Positions 21,319 to 30,681 of a stretch of 64,000 bases of DNA are shown in pieces. This stretch comes from a virus. A model generated the notes under the pieces. It saw only the letters and a list, made by a program, of their open reading frames with translations, was not told the origin of the DNA and did no database searches. The DNA lies in the IMG/VR virus record IMGVR_UViG_3300006040_000001, positions 36,695 through 100,694 of that record. One strand, 5' to 3'. Both the position numbers and the translations under genes were made by a program. The stretch's first letter is position 1. Each line of letters opens with the position of its first letter.

Positions 21319-21747
21319 ATGTTAGCAGCTACTTACGATGAACACAAAGCCCTGTTAGTTGCCTTAATTAATAATACATCCATAATCACACACTGGCACG
21401 AAGAACGTGACCAAGATCGTGGATTACGCATTATGCGTTTAAAGGGTATACCTGCCGATGAAGCCGTGGATGTATTAATGCTCCATTTAAATGACGGTAT
21501 CGTTAAGCGTGGTAATATCGTAGAGATCGTTAATGAAATGGCCAGTTACACGCAAGACGGACTATGGGGTTACGTAAAAGCACCAGAGGCTACCCTCGCT
21601 GCAATGGCGTTAATCTTACCAAACCCGGCCAGTAACCGCCGCTGTGTAGATTTAAAATTAGTGATGGCCTTAAGCCAAGAGCACGTATTACGCACAGCAG
21701 ATATTATCCGTCATCGTTACGGCATTAATGCGCTATTAAGTTTCTAG
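21319..21747 (+). CDS. Hypothetical protein
   Basis: First in-frame ATG at 21319; ~142 aa. Confidence 0.55.
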   Translation: MLAATYDEHKALLVALINNTSIITHWHEERDQDRGLRIMRLKGIPADEAVDVLMLHLNDGIVKRGNIVEIVNEMASYTQDGLWGYVKAPEATLAAMALILPNPASNRRCVDLKLVMALSQEHVLRTADIIRHRYGINALLSF

Positions 21748-21756
21748 GAGGCTATA

Positions 21757-23331
21757 ATGCCACAGGTAATATTAGAAATACCTAACATTGAAGAGAACAT
21801 AGCTCGACCAGTCGTACACCAAGTTATCCGGGAGCTAGCTACGCGCTTAGGCATGCCCGTAGAGACCCGTATACGTCAATTAGGCAGTGGTAAAGCGTTA
21901 CCGGTAGTAGGCAGTACCATGGACGACAAACACGCCGTAAATCGCCTCCCTGGAGATCAATACATCGAGATCAAACCGGATGAGACGTATGACGAGAACT
22001 ATGCGATGTCTGTAGCAGTTACCTACCCTGAACATCTCGCTGTGTTTAATGAACCGAAGCTCGGTATATTGATGCGACCTGTGTATCAGCGTATTAACGT
22101 AAGTGTAGATGTCAAATGCGTAGCGACGGATAAAACCACAGCAGATAACTGGGTGTCTACCATTAAGCGGCGTTTCAGCCAACGGGTCGTAGAGAACAGA
22201 CATTCCCTAAATTACACCTACCCTATACCCGTTCAATACATGGCCATCCTCATGGAGCTACATCGGTTACGTGAAGCCAATCACGGGTATGGCGAGTCTA
22301 TAGGTCAGTGGCTAGCTAATCACTACACGATCTTAGATACAGCGGTTACTGACCAAGCTGGACATAACCCATTACTGGTTATTAAAGAAGCCCAACTCGA
22401 TGTATTAGGCTGGTTTGATTTTACCGATAGCCCGCCTAAGGTAGAGCGTGAAACAGACTCAGGTGCGTGGAGTATATCGTTTGGTTATACGTTTGGTTAC
22501 GATCGTGTAGAATCCGTTATGTTACGTTACCCGCTAATGGTGCACAACCAAATGCTAGATAACCGGTACTATGATGACATTCCGCTAGATCTCTTAACTA
22601 ATTACATGCAGCAACGTAATGTGTCAGCAGCAGCCATGTACGATGCTACTTATCGTGATACGCCCATCCGTAGTATATTCGCAAACCCCGGCATCTCTAT
22701 TCCGCTGTTCGATGACTGGCTACCGAGTTATAAACACGCCGGTTATTTTACGTTGTTGCGTATTATGCTACAGGTAGATCCTACTAGCCCTAATGCGCTA
22801 CTATCACTCGGCCTGTTAGGTGACTGGTCTATAGATCCGGCGGCGTTGGCTTATATGTCCAGTAATCCGTTAGCTATCACTAGACCTTACGAATCTGTGT
22901 TTAATATACAGCTCCACCGTGGTACGGATTATTTAGCCAGTGATAAGTTTATAGTATCTAATACGCTGGATCTACATTACGCTGAGTCTTTAGATGAGCG
23001 GTGTTGCTATCACCTTACGCTCAGTATGCTAGCTAATGTACGTCAACTTAGCTACACGGCTATACTAGCTTTATGCGAGCACGGTCAGTTTACAATAGAT
23101 TATTTAACTGCTACTGTACCCGAGCTAGTAAGTAGTGGTAGTCGCCAGGTCATATTACCTGATGGTACTATACGCTACACGGATTTACCTACGCTGTTAC
23201 CCGATGGGACTATCATGCCACGGGACTTACAACGCACGATCGATAAAATATCTATTCGCCCCAGTAGTAATATTAATGATTACTCATGGCGTCTAGTAAA
23301 TGAATTCATTGTATCAGCCCATCGGAGCTAA
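21757..23331 (+). CDS. Virion structural protein, phiKZ gp98-like
   Basis: AGGAGG RBS; RPVV, YPLMVHNQ and GISIPLFDDWLP motifs; synteny. Confidence 0.55.
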   Translation: MPQVILEIPNIEENIARPVVHQVIRELATRLGMPVETRIRQLGSGKALPVVGSTMDDKHAVNRLPGDQYIEIKPDETYDENYAMSVAVTYPEHLAVFNEPKLGILMRPVYQRINVSVDVKCVATDKTTADNWVSTIKRRFSQRVVENRHSLNYTYPIPVQYMAILMELHRLREANHGYGESIGQWLANHYTILDTAVTDQAGHNPLLVIKEAQLDVLGWFDFTDSPPKVERETDSGAWSISFGYTFGYDRVESVMLRYPLMVHNQMLDNRYYDDIPLDLLTNYMQQRNVSAAAMYDATYRDTPIRSIFANPGISIPLFDDWLPSYKHAGYFTLLRIMLQVDPTSPNALLSLGLLGDWSIDPAALAYMSSNPLAITRPYESVFNIQLHRGTDYLASDKFIVSNTLDLHYAESLDERCCYHLTLSMLANVRQLSYTAILALCEHGQFTIDYLTATVPELVSSGSRQVILPDGTIRYTDLPTLLPDGTIMPRDLQRTIDKISIRPSSNINDYSWRLVNEFIVSAHRS

Positions 23332-23333
23332 TC

Positions 23334-24740
23334 ATGCCTATCGTGAATCTACCGCCCAATCCGCCTAAAGCGAGTCAGGCTACCCCTAAACCGATTACTA
23401 TAACGACTCCTGATTATCGTCACGGAGTTGTAGACAGTCGAGTGACCCCTAGCAGTGCGTTACTAACACACATCGAAGGGATGAGTTGGATAGTAGATTA
23501 CTATTCACAGGTACTAGGCGGTGATGAGGAATTATCAGAATTCCAACCGAATCAGATTGCCCCCTATCAGCAATATCATTTAATCCATCGGTACGAGCTA
23601 AAGCTACAAGACTCACTCAACACCAGTATTAACGAAGAGACTGGCGTAGCGTCTATTACGGGCACTGCGGTAATCTATCCATTCATGACCCCTAATACAG
23701 GCGATCCGTTTATAGCAGATGTCGGCGATGGCCGTGCTGGTCAGTTTACGATCACATCCGTTACGCCTAAATCGATATTCAAACAAACGTGCTACGAGAT
23801 TAATTTCGAACTATCGCGTTTTGTAGATGAGGCTTTAGTAGGCGTACTAGCGACACACGTAGTGCAGACCAGTTACTACGATCGTGATTTTATACTCTAT
23901 GGCCAAAACCCCGTTATTACTAGCGAGGAGTTGGCTGCTAAAACCACGTTACAGACACACCACAGTAACTTAATGACGCAGTGGATGGTTATGTTCTACA
24001 GTCAGGAGTTCAGGACATTCCTAGTACCCGGCCAGGTAGGTGCGACATATGATCCTTACGTCGTACGCGCGATGTTTAGAATGTATAATCAGGCCGAACA
24101 TCCGTTACTGCAACGTGCCCGTGAGCTGAATGTCGATGGTTCGCCTCACGTGTTTCAGCATTCGTTCTGGGATGCTTTATTGGACATGAACCCTAATCTA
24201 CTATTCGATGCGTTTCACGATAGTCAATTAATACCCATTGGCGTATGGTTGCCACATGCATATTTTGATAGTATACGGTTCAGCGGTGTACAATACGTGG
24301 TCGGTGCTAAAACGTTAGTTAATTCAGTGGATCGCGATTATGCTTACGAGCAAACACCAATGGGTACAGAATTACGTGACCTAGGTGATTTCGCTGTAGA
24401 CCTAGCCTCGTTGTTGTACAACAACGTATTAGGTGAGTTTACCTATCCAGGCGATCCACCGTTAACACCCGGTAATGCATTCCTCTCCACTGAGATACCT
24501 GCGGTACACGCTGTAGCACTTAGCGAAGGTTATTTCTTATCAGCGCATTACTACGCCGATAACGCAGCGGGTATGTCCAAGCTGGAATTAATGTTAAAAG
24601 ATTTCTTTAATACAGGATACCCTAACCGCACAGCACTCTATGGGTTCTGCGAGTCAGCACGTAGTTGGGGGCGTTTAGAGAAGTTTTATTATATCCCGGT
24701 ACTGCTAGCCTTATTAAAGATATCGTTGAGGTCGATATGA
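23334..24740 (+). CDS. Virion structural protein, phiKZ gp99-like
   Basis: LLTHIEGMSWIVDYYSQ, PNTGDPFIADVGDGRAGQF, C-terminal WGRLEKFYYIPVL. Confidence 0.6.
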   Translation: MPIVNLPPNPPKASQATPKPITITTPDYRHGVVDSRVTPSSALLTHIEGMSWIVDYYSQVLGGDEELSEFQPNQIAPYQQYHLIHRYELKLQDSLNTSINEETGVASITGTAVIYPFMTPNTGDPFIADVGDGRAGQFTITSVTPKSIFKQTCYEINFELSRFVDEALVGVLATHVVQTSYYDRDFILYGQNPVITSEELAAKTTLQTHHSNLMTQWMVMFYSQEFRTFLVPGQVGATYDPYVVRAMFRMYNQAEHPLLQRARELNVDGSPHVFQHSFWDALLDMNPNLLFDAFHDSQLIPIGVWLPHAYFDSIRFSGVQYVVGAKTLVNSVDRDYAYEQTPMGTELRDLGDFAVDLASLLYNNVLGEFTYPGDPPLTPGNAFLSTEIPAVHAVALSEGYFLSAHYYADNAAGMSKLELMLKDFFNTGYPNRTALYGFCESARSWGRLEKFYYIPVLLALLKISLRSI

Positions 24741-25306
24741 GCGATCCTAGTTATCAGATATTCCATAGCCATTGGCTATGTGAGGTACCCGATATATTCT
24801 GCTACAGTGATGCCTACGTACGCGAGATCGGGTTTATTACATCCGGCGATAAAAAGATAGATGCTGCGTTAAGATCAGCTCCGCGTGATATCTACTTAAC
24901 GATTGCTGCCATGATCACGTATTACGAAGAAGGCGCTCCTATTCGGTTTAAATCGCTAGACGATGTAAAGTCCATACATCGTCTTATTATCGAGCACTTA
25001 CGTAACTGGTTATTTATCGTGCAGACAGTGATAGATGCCGAAGCCCCGCCTATCGAGGACTTCTACCGGATGGATGAGTTTGCCCAAGCAATATTCCCAG
25101 CGACCATAGGTACCTCGGATACCGTCGTAAAATCTGAACTATCCGCGCGTATATCTGTTACGCAGCGCGGGTTTAAAGGATTAGGAGGTCGCTTACCTAT
25201 ACGTACTACCACAGCCGGGCTATCTGACGCAGAACTGGCTAAGCCGCGACATCAGTCCTGTATTAATGAGCTCGCTACGTTGCTGACTCCGATGGAGGAA
25301 CTATGA
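24737..25306 (+). CDS. Conserved protein, phiKZ gp100-like
   Basis: ATGA overlap with the upstream gene; TIAAMITYYEEG and PPIEDFYRMDEFA motifs; synteny. Confidence 0.5.
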   Translation: MSDPSYQIFHSHWLCEVPDIFCYSDAYVREIGFITSGDKKIDAALRSAPRDIYLTIAAMITYYEEGAPIRFKSLDDVKSIHRLIIEHLRNWLFIVQTVIDAEAPPIEDFYRMDEFAQAIFPATIGTSDTVVKSELSARISVTQRGFKGLGGRLPIRTTTAGLSDAELAKPRHQSCINELATLLTPMEEL

Positions 25307-26661
25307 ACATACAGCAATCCGTTGTCCAGCGCGAAATAGAAGCCATTATTAATAGTGGCTCTAAACCCGTCGTGTGTCGATGGGATATACAGATCCACGC
25401 CAACGGCAAAGTAATTGTGCCATTGGTCGTAATGAACGTAGAGTGTGAATCTAATTTCATACTAAACTACGCTGATCTGTTATCGATAGAGGTAGGCTTA
25501 TTAGAAGGGGATTTAAACTACGATATCATACCACATAAAGCAGCGTTAGAGGTGACCATACGCCGGATACCTTTAACGGATGCTGTGATGCCAGTCGTAG
25601 ATGACTATAGCGGTGTAGAGACATTTCGCTATAGCGCCACACTGTACGATAATCAGTCTGGCATCTTAGAAGGAAACGCCCCTAACCTACACGACCAGCA
25701 GACCGCTAACCGCGGGAGTTATCTACCCGTTAAGTTACAACTAGTAGACCCTGTGATTGAACAGCTCCGTATGCAGACAGTGGGGGGTATATTTAGAAAC
25801 ATGACGGCTTTAGACCTCGTGATCTATCTACTAACCAAATACAGTGTGACGGGTATCCGTGAGTCTGGCGTAAAGGTAAAAGGAGTTACTGTCTTAAGTC
25901 AGTCTACCGGCATTGTGCGTAAACATATTGCTATCCCGCACCTAACCCCAGTTATGAGCGTACCTGATATCGTGCATCAACAACACGGCGGGATATTCGC
26001 AGGTGGATTTCATTACTACCTGCGGCGGCAGCAATGGTATATATACGCACCGTATGATATTAAAGCATACGCTAGATCTAAACGTAGCCTAACCCTGATC
26101 ACCGTACCAGCTAATCGATTCCCATCGCCTGAGCGATCCTACCGAGAAACCCCTACCCAGTTGTTTGTTATGGCAACCGGGGATTCCAAACACATAGACT
26201 TGTCCGAGCAAGCCCAGTTAAATGAAGGCAACGGGGTTCGGTTTATCGATGCGGATAAGGTATTCGAGGATTGGGGTAAGGTAGATAACAACCGACTAAT
26301 AGTTACTAGGGGCGATAACGTAAACGAAATTATATCGGAATCGCGTCCTAATAAACTGAACTATGTAAAAGAATCTAAGCAACGTATTACTACTAACTAC
26401 ATGCGTGAGTACGGTGAGCTAGCTCGCCGGTCGGGTAGCTTCATACACCACGTATGGGAAAACGCTAACCCGGATCTATTATACCCGGGCATGCCTGTTA
26501 AGTTAATGTACTTACAAAACAACTCTGCGGAGGAAATATATGGCATACTGGTTGGGGTTCATGCGTTTAATACAGCCGAAACTAAAGGGATGGCCAATCG
26601 TCGATTCATCACCAATGCCACCCTCACTGTGTTCATCAACCGACATCTCACAACTACCTGA
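25303..26661 (+). CDS. Virion structural protein (baseplate-hub type), phiKZ gp101-like
   Basis: WYIYAPYD, WENANPDLLYPGMPVK; synteny. Confidence 0.55.
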   Translation: MNIQQSVVQREIEAIINSGSKPVVCRWDIQIHANGKVIVPLVVMNVECESNFILNYADLLSIEVGLLEGDLNYDIIPHKAALEVTIRRIPLTDAVMPVVDDYSGVETFRYSATLYDNQSGILEGNAPNLHDQQTANRGSYLPVKLQLVDPVIEQLRMQTVGGIFRNMTALDLVIYLLTKYSVTGIRESGVKVKGVTVLSQSTGIVRKHIAIPHLTPVMSVPDIVHQQHGGIFAGGFHYYLRRQQWYIYAPYDIKAYARSKRSLTLITVPANRFPSPERSYRETPTQLFVMATGDSKHIDLSEQAQLNEGNGVRFIDADKVFEDWGKVDNNRLIVTRGDNVNEIISESRPNKLNYVKESKQRITTNYMREYGELARRSGSFIHHVWENANPDLLYPGMPVKLMYLQNNSAEEIYGILVGVHAFNTAETKGMANRRFITNATLTVFINRHLTTT

Positions 26662-26668
26662 GCCGAGC

Positions 26669-26965
26669 GTGACTGAACCATTAGATCACATCACCGTAAC
26701 AGTCGAGGCTACGGATTTAACGACTCAATGGCGTATCGCTCTAAACGGCGATACCGTAGGCTACCGTTACCAACTACGATTGATACTTACATCCGGTAAG
26801 TTAAAGTATATGGCAGTAGCTGTAGATACCGATACTAACCTAGCTGACCTAACCCCTCATGCATTAGTAGAAATATTAACAGCACTTACTGCCATAATGC
26901 AGCACCAACTACAGTCAACCAGCTTTTTTATTTTAGGTATAGAACCACACGGAGTTAAGAAATGA
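26669..26965 (+). CDS. Hypothetical protein
   Basis: GTG start just after the upstream stop; ATGA coupling to tmk. Confidence 0.4.
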   Translation: MTEPLDHITVTVEATDLTTQWRIALNGDTVGYRYQLRLILTSGKLKYMAVAVDTDTNLADLTPHALVEILTALTAIMQHQLQSTSFFILGIEPHGVKK

Positions 26966-27606
26966 TTCATAAGAGCGGATATTTTATTACGGTAGAAGGC
27001 GTTGACGGCTCGGGTAAAACCGGTGTAGTCGTACCGGCTCTCTGTGAGTTTTTAAACCAGCATCTTATTAAACCCGTAGTAACACGCGAACCCGGTGGAA
27101 CGCCGTTCGCAGAGGCTATACGTACTTTGTTTAAAAGCGATGTATGTAATGATGTAGATCACACAGCGCTTGCGTTATTAGTCAGTGCCGCTAGACGCGA
27201 CCATGTTACACGTGTAATCATGCCGGCCTTAGCTAATGGATCTGTAGTAGTTAGTGACCGCTACATAGCGACCACCGTAATGTATCAGTATAACGCTAAA
27301 GACCTAAGCCGTATTATCGAAACAGGATGTGCTGGGTTGTTGCCAGACTTAGTAATCCTACTAGATATTCCTTACGATGTATACTGCGCTAGACTAGCGG
27401 AACGCGTGGCTCTAGATGCGTCTGAGGAAGCCCACAACCACTTAGACATTATGGACGCCGAGTTGTTTAATCGACGTAGGGCTGCGCTAATACAGTTTCA
27501 TAACTTGTATCCTGTGCACAGCGTATTAGTGGATGCTACGGCTAGTAAAGAGGACGTGGTTAAAATCGTTAACCAACATGTACAGCGTGCTATGGGATTC
27601 ACTTAA
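26962..27606 (+). CDS. tmk: Thymidylate kinase
   Basis: P-loop EGVDGSGKT, TREPGGT, SDRY and PDLVILLD motifs. Confidence 0.92.
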   Translation: MIHKSGYFITVEGVDGSGKTGVVVPALCEFLNQHLIKPVVTREPGGTPFAEAIRTLFKSDVCNDVDHTALALLVSAARRDHVTRVIMPALANGSVVVSDRYIATTVMYQYNAKDLSRIIETGCAGLLPDLVILLDIPYDVYCARLAERVALDASEEAHNHLDIMDAELFNRRRAALIQFHNLYPVHSVLVDATASKEDVVKIVNQHVQRAMGFT

Positions 27607-27608
27607 TA

Positions 27609-27640
27609 CTAGGGGCTACCAAGCCCCTAGACCTTATGCC
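27609..27640 (+). terminator. Hairpin followed by TATGCC
   Basis: CTAGGGGCT-ACCA-AGCCCCTAG, then ACCTTATGCC. Confidence 0.6.
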
Positions 27641-27724
27641 GCGATTCTAAATAATTATAAACCTAAATTACACACGAACGCCTACTATAGCGTTCTACTA
27701 ACAACCTATACAGAGATCACTAGC

Positions 27725-27988
27725 ATGTCTAAACGTATTAAGACCTACAAACACACTACCGCTCTAAACGCCGATACCTCACCTTCCACTGGTAGCGTTA
27801 CAGCCTATTGCGGTAAATCTCCGTGGCCTAAGTACTTTAAAGAGTATATGTTCTTAGAGGTATCAGACTGTCACTCCAAGGTACGCCTACATACGTCCCA
27901 GTTAGACACCAAACAGGACTTCATCAAGAAGATGCGTAAACTACACAAAGCCATAGGTCAGTTTATCGAGCACCTTGAATCCAATTAA
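27725..27988 (+). CDS. Small phage hypothetical protein
   Basis: 87 aa from ATG 27725; FLEVSDCHSKVRLH...FIEHLE resembles small conserved phage proteins. Confidence 0.55.
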   Translation: MSKRIKTYKHTTALNADTSPSTGSVTAYCGKSPWPKYFKEYMFLEVSDCHSKVRLHTSQLDTKQDFIKKMRKLHKAIGQFIEHLESN

Positions 27989-28071
27989 TCTCAGATACAT
28001 ATTACCTAAGTGAGAGAAGAACTAAGCCTATCTTTACTCACTTATCTTTAACTAGGCTTTGGAGCTACACC
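27980..28071 (+). promoter_or_regulatory. Early promoter plus pseudoknotted 5' leader, copy 1
   Basis: CATATTAC at 27998-28005. 27980-28028 is identical to 49308-49356. Stem 28007-28044; loop AAGCCTA pairs with TAGGCTT at 28053-28059; GGAG SD at 28061. Confidence 0.75.
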
Positions 28072-28704
28072 ATGTTTGCACAATACATTCGTAACACAGT
28101 ACGCAGCACATTGACCACTACACGCTCGGTGGTGTTGGATAGCGACTGTAACCCAATCTGCGCAGAGATTGTAGGTAACTTGAAATGCACTCGCCAGCTA
28201 GCCACTAACGGCGACTTGGTCGTCAAACGTACATACTCGGCTGAAGGCGTAACCACGCTGTTCTTCCGTGTGGAGTGGGCAGAACTAGTGCCTACCACTG
28301 AAGGCACTACTCAGCTGAAAGATGCTATCGAGATGCATCCTGCCTTAGCAGCATTCATGGATCTCAAAGGTCCGGATCTGTTACCAGAGCGCTTCGTCAA
28401 GGCAAACTCGATCGCTGATTATGTAGCCGCCACCAGCCGCCGTAGTGAGCGCGACGCACTGATCCGCAGTGATTTGAACGTTGCGGTACGCAGCAGTATC
28501 CGCGATCTGGCGCATATTGCGTTAGAGTCAGCTGATGCGCTGGTAGCAGCAGTGGAGGGCGAGTTGATTAAAGGTCACCTCCCAGTGGGTTCGATCAACT
28601 CACCTTACGAAGCCGTAGGTGCTGAAGCAGCACGTCGAATGATCGGAGCGGGTGTGCGGTTCGCACGCGGTCTAACCACCGTAGCGCGGATGCACATCAA
28701 GTAA
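28072..28704 (+). CDS. Hypothetical early protein
   Basis: GGAG RBS, 210 aa, with its own promoter and terminator. Confidence 0.7.
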   Translation: MFAQYIRNTVRSTLTTTRSVVLDSDCNPICAEIVGNLKCTRQLATNGDLVVKRTYSAEGVTTLFFRVEWAELVPTTEGTTQLKDAIEMHPALAAFMDLKGPDLLPERFVKANSIADYVAATSRRSERDALIRSDLNVAVRSSIRDLAHIALESADALVAAVEGELIKGHLPVGSINSPYEAVGAEAARRMIGAGVRFARGLTTVARMHIK

Positions 28705-28705
28705 G

Positions 28706-28756
28706 GGCATAATATCCAGAGCGCCCTAGGGCGCTCTGGATACACTCTTTTTTTTT
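28706..28756. terminator. Bidirectional terminator: perfect 30-bp palindrome, T9 tract on +, TATGCC on -
   Basis: TATCCAGAGCGCCCT|AGGGCGCTCTGGATA at 28713-28742, between convergent genes. Confidence 0.75.
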
Positions 28757-28762
28757 GGTTTA

Positions 28763-30070
28763 TTATGGCCTACGTAGCGCTATACTTACCAAACTTACAG
28801 ACTGGCCACCGTCAGCATTACGCACCGCCGTAGGTGCGTTTGCCGTAGATTCAAAATGGTATTGCCCTGGCGCGTCAATACAGTTTAAATCCGTACCCGC
28901 CGGTAGTGTATCACCCACAGGTAAAAAAGGCGCGTCATCCATCATCACCATGCAGTGTGTATTACCCCGTATTCTACGATACTCTACCAGAGCGGCTTCT
29001 ACCGTAGCTGATGGGTCTTCGTCATTAGGATCCAAACCAATATAGATACCGTGTTGTGTCTCCGTAGGTGACTGTATAACCATCACGTTTAGCTCATCCG
29101 ACGTAGAACGTAACTCCTTACACCAGGCGGTCGCTTCGGTTAAATCGTCAGCATATACTACCGGTGCCGTAACGATGCTATCTGCAATAACCGCTAAATT
29201 AGCCATGTCGTTGCTTAAGTGACGCGTCTTAAGATCAGCTAACTGATACGCTACGTCTAATGCCACACAGAACCGTGATGCGTGCTCTAACCCTACGTTG
29301 TATTCCTTACGCAATACGCGGTTAGCGCCGCGTACTTTAGGGTCTATAACAAAGTTGCTGTAGGTTATAACTCCGTCGGCTGCTATGTCAACATTTAAAC
29401 CACACCGCGTACAATGCATAGATCGGTTGCTATGCTCAGTAGCCGGTGATACCGCACCTAAGTTAACACATTGGAAATCGTTGTCCAGTACAGGCTTAAT
29501 CAGGCTACCATCCGCTTCATGTGTTTCCGTACCATCTGCATCAGTATACCTTACCGGCACTAATAAACCACGACCTACACTGGCCGTAACGTATGGATTA
29601 GGTGCTGCATTAGCCTTCTCTAAGATAGCTTGCTTTAGCTCTAGTGCCACTGCCGGATTATTCCGAGCATAAAGTGGCGGGCCTATCTGTACTGCCCCGT
29701 CTACGATGTATTCACGTTGGATAAATGCATCAGGGTCTAACACTATCGAATCGATAGTAAGTAGTGTTTTAGTAGCCTCACCGTGATCCATCCCCCGGCC
29801 TAATAACGGCTCATCCATAATAAGGTCGTGGTGACCGGCACTGTGACTATCAGGGGCAAAAACAGACGGTGTGATCGCTGCTAACTCACCCCATGCAGCT
29901 ACATCATCAGGTGATAAACCTTTGGGCTCATCGATCAATCCCGGCACTACATTAATAGTACGCGGTCGATCACCATCACAGGCATCAACACCCATCCAAT
30001 CTTTAGCGCCGCATTTAGTACAGCGATCATCATCCCAGTCATGTCCTGGGGTAGGTTTATGTGGTTGCAT
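28763..30070 (-). CDS. Mosaic hypothetical protein with two CxxC knuckles
   Basis: HDW...CTKCG and MHCTRCG; 435 aa. Confidence 0.55.
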   Translation of the reverse strand: MQPHKPTPGHDWDDDRCTKCGAKDWMGVDACDGDRPRTINVVPGLIDEPKGLSPDDVAAWGELAAITPSVFAPDSHSAGHHDLIMDEPLLGRGMDHGEATKTLLTIDSIVLDPDAFIQREYIVDGAVQIGPPLYARNNPAVALELKQAILEKANAAPNPYVTASVGRGLLVPVRYTDADGTETHEADGSLIKPVLDNDFQCVNLGAVSPATEHSNRSMHCTRCGLNVDIAADGVITYSNFVIDPKVRGANRVLRKEYNVGLEHASRFCVALDVAYQLADLKTRHLSNDMANLAVIADSIVTAPVVYADDLTEATAWCKELRSTSDELNVMVIQSPTETQHGIYIGLDPNDEDPSATVEAALVEYRRIRGNTHCMVMMDDAPFLPVGDTLPAGTDLNCIDAPGQYHFESTANAPTAVRNADGGQSVSLVSIALRRP

Positions 30071-30251
30071 AGTTGTTACTCTTAATACGTTGTGTGTGGT
30101 TACTAATATGCGCAGTTCTAATAATATCTAGCTCTGCGGCAAATGTCTGTAATATGGACTCTGTGTTGTTCATTCTAGCTTGAGTTGAGGTATGACACGG
30201 TCTACCGCACCGCGTCGTCGTTAACCCAGCGCCTTTACGCTCTTTAGTCAC
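30057..30251 (-). CDS. Possible small hypothetical protein
   Basis: Fills the gap and overlaps both neighbours; no other support. Confidence 0.25.
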   Translation of the reverse strand: MTKERKGAGLTTTRCGRPCHTSTQARMNNTESILQTFAAELDIIRTAHISNHTQRIKSNNYATT

Positions 30252-30613
30252 GTTAACTCTCCTAAGTATTCGAATTCGATAGCGTGCCTAGCGGCTACCA
30301 TCGCTAGGCACCGCGTCAGTATATACCGGTGACAGAATTTACCGTTACCGCAATAACACGCTATAACGGCAGTAGGTTGTCGTAAGAACTCCAACCACTC
30401 CTCACGTCGGTTTATATAAGAGCGACGCATTAGGTGTAGGTATGCTGTGGTATATTGACATTCGGTAATAACTCCGGCTTTCACATCGCGTACAATATCC
30501 CACGTAGGTTTAAAGGGGCTATCACCACCAGACTTTACCGTAGTATCAGTTATGGTATACCCTTGTGCCGTCGCTATTCGATACTTACCCATCTGTATGG
30601 TGTATAGCCGCAT
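30248..30613 (-). CDS. DUF488-like small protein
   Basis: DTTVKSG...PTWDIV...Y...MRRSY...ACYC...FCHRYIL pattern typical of jumbo-phage DUF488-related proteins. Confidence 0.6.
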   Translation of the reverse strand: MRLYTIQMGKYRIATAQGYTITDTTVKSGGDSPFKPTWDIVRDVKAGVITECQYTTAYLHLMRRSYINRREEWLEFLRQPTAVIACYCGNGKFCHRYILTRCLAMVAARHAIEFEYLGELT

Positions 30614-30681
30614 TCTAGTACCTCAATTTATAATAAACATATACTATCTGACTGAATACAATACACAGTGAGATAATCGTT

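Noticed and set aside
27533-27724. N-terminal extension of the 151-aa ORF
   Set aside because: It overlaps tmk and crosses a terminator hairpin; ATG at 27725 is more plausible
28007-28064. Leader pseudoknot as a preQ1 or SAM-II riboswitch, or a frameshift signal
   Set aside because: I cannot match the conserved ligand-binding nucleotides (e.g. no A-rich 3' tail of preQ1-I), and it lies in a 5' UTR with no slippery site. An Rfam scan is still needed.
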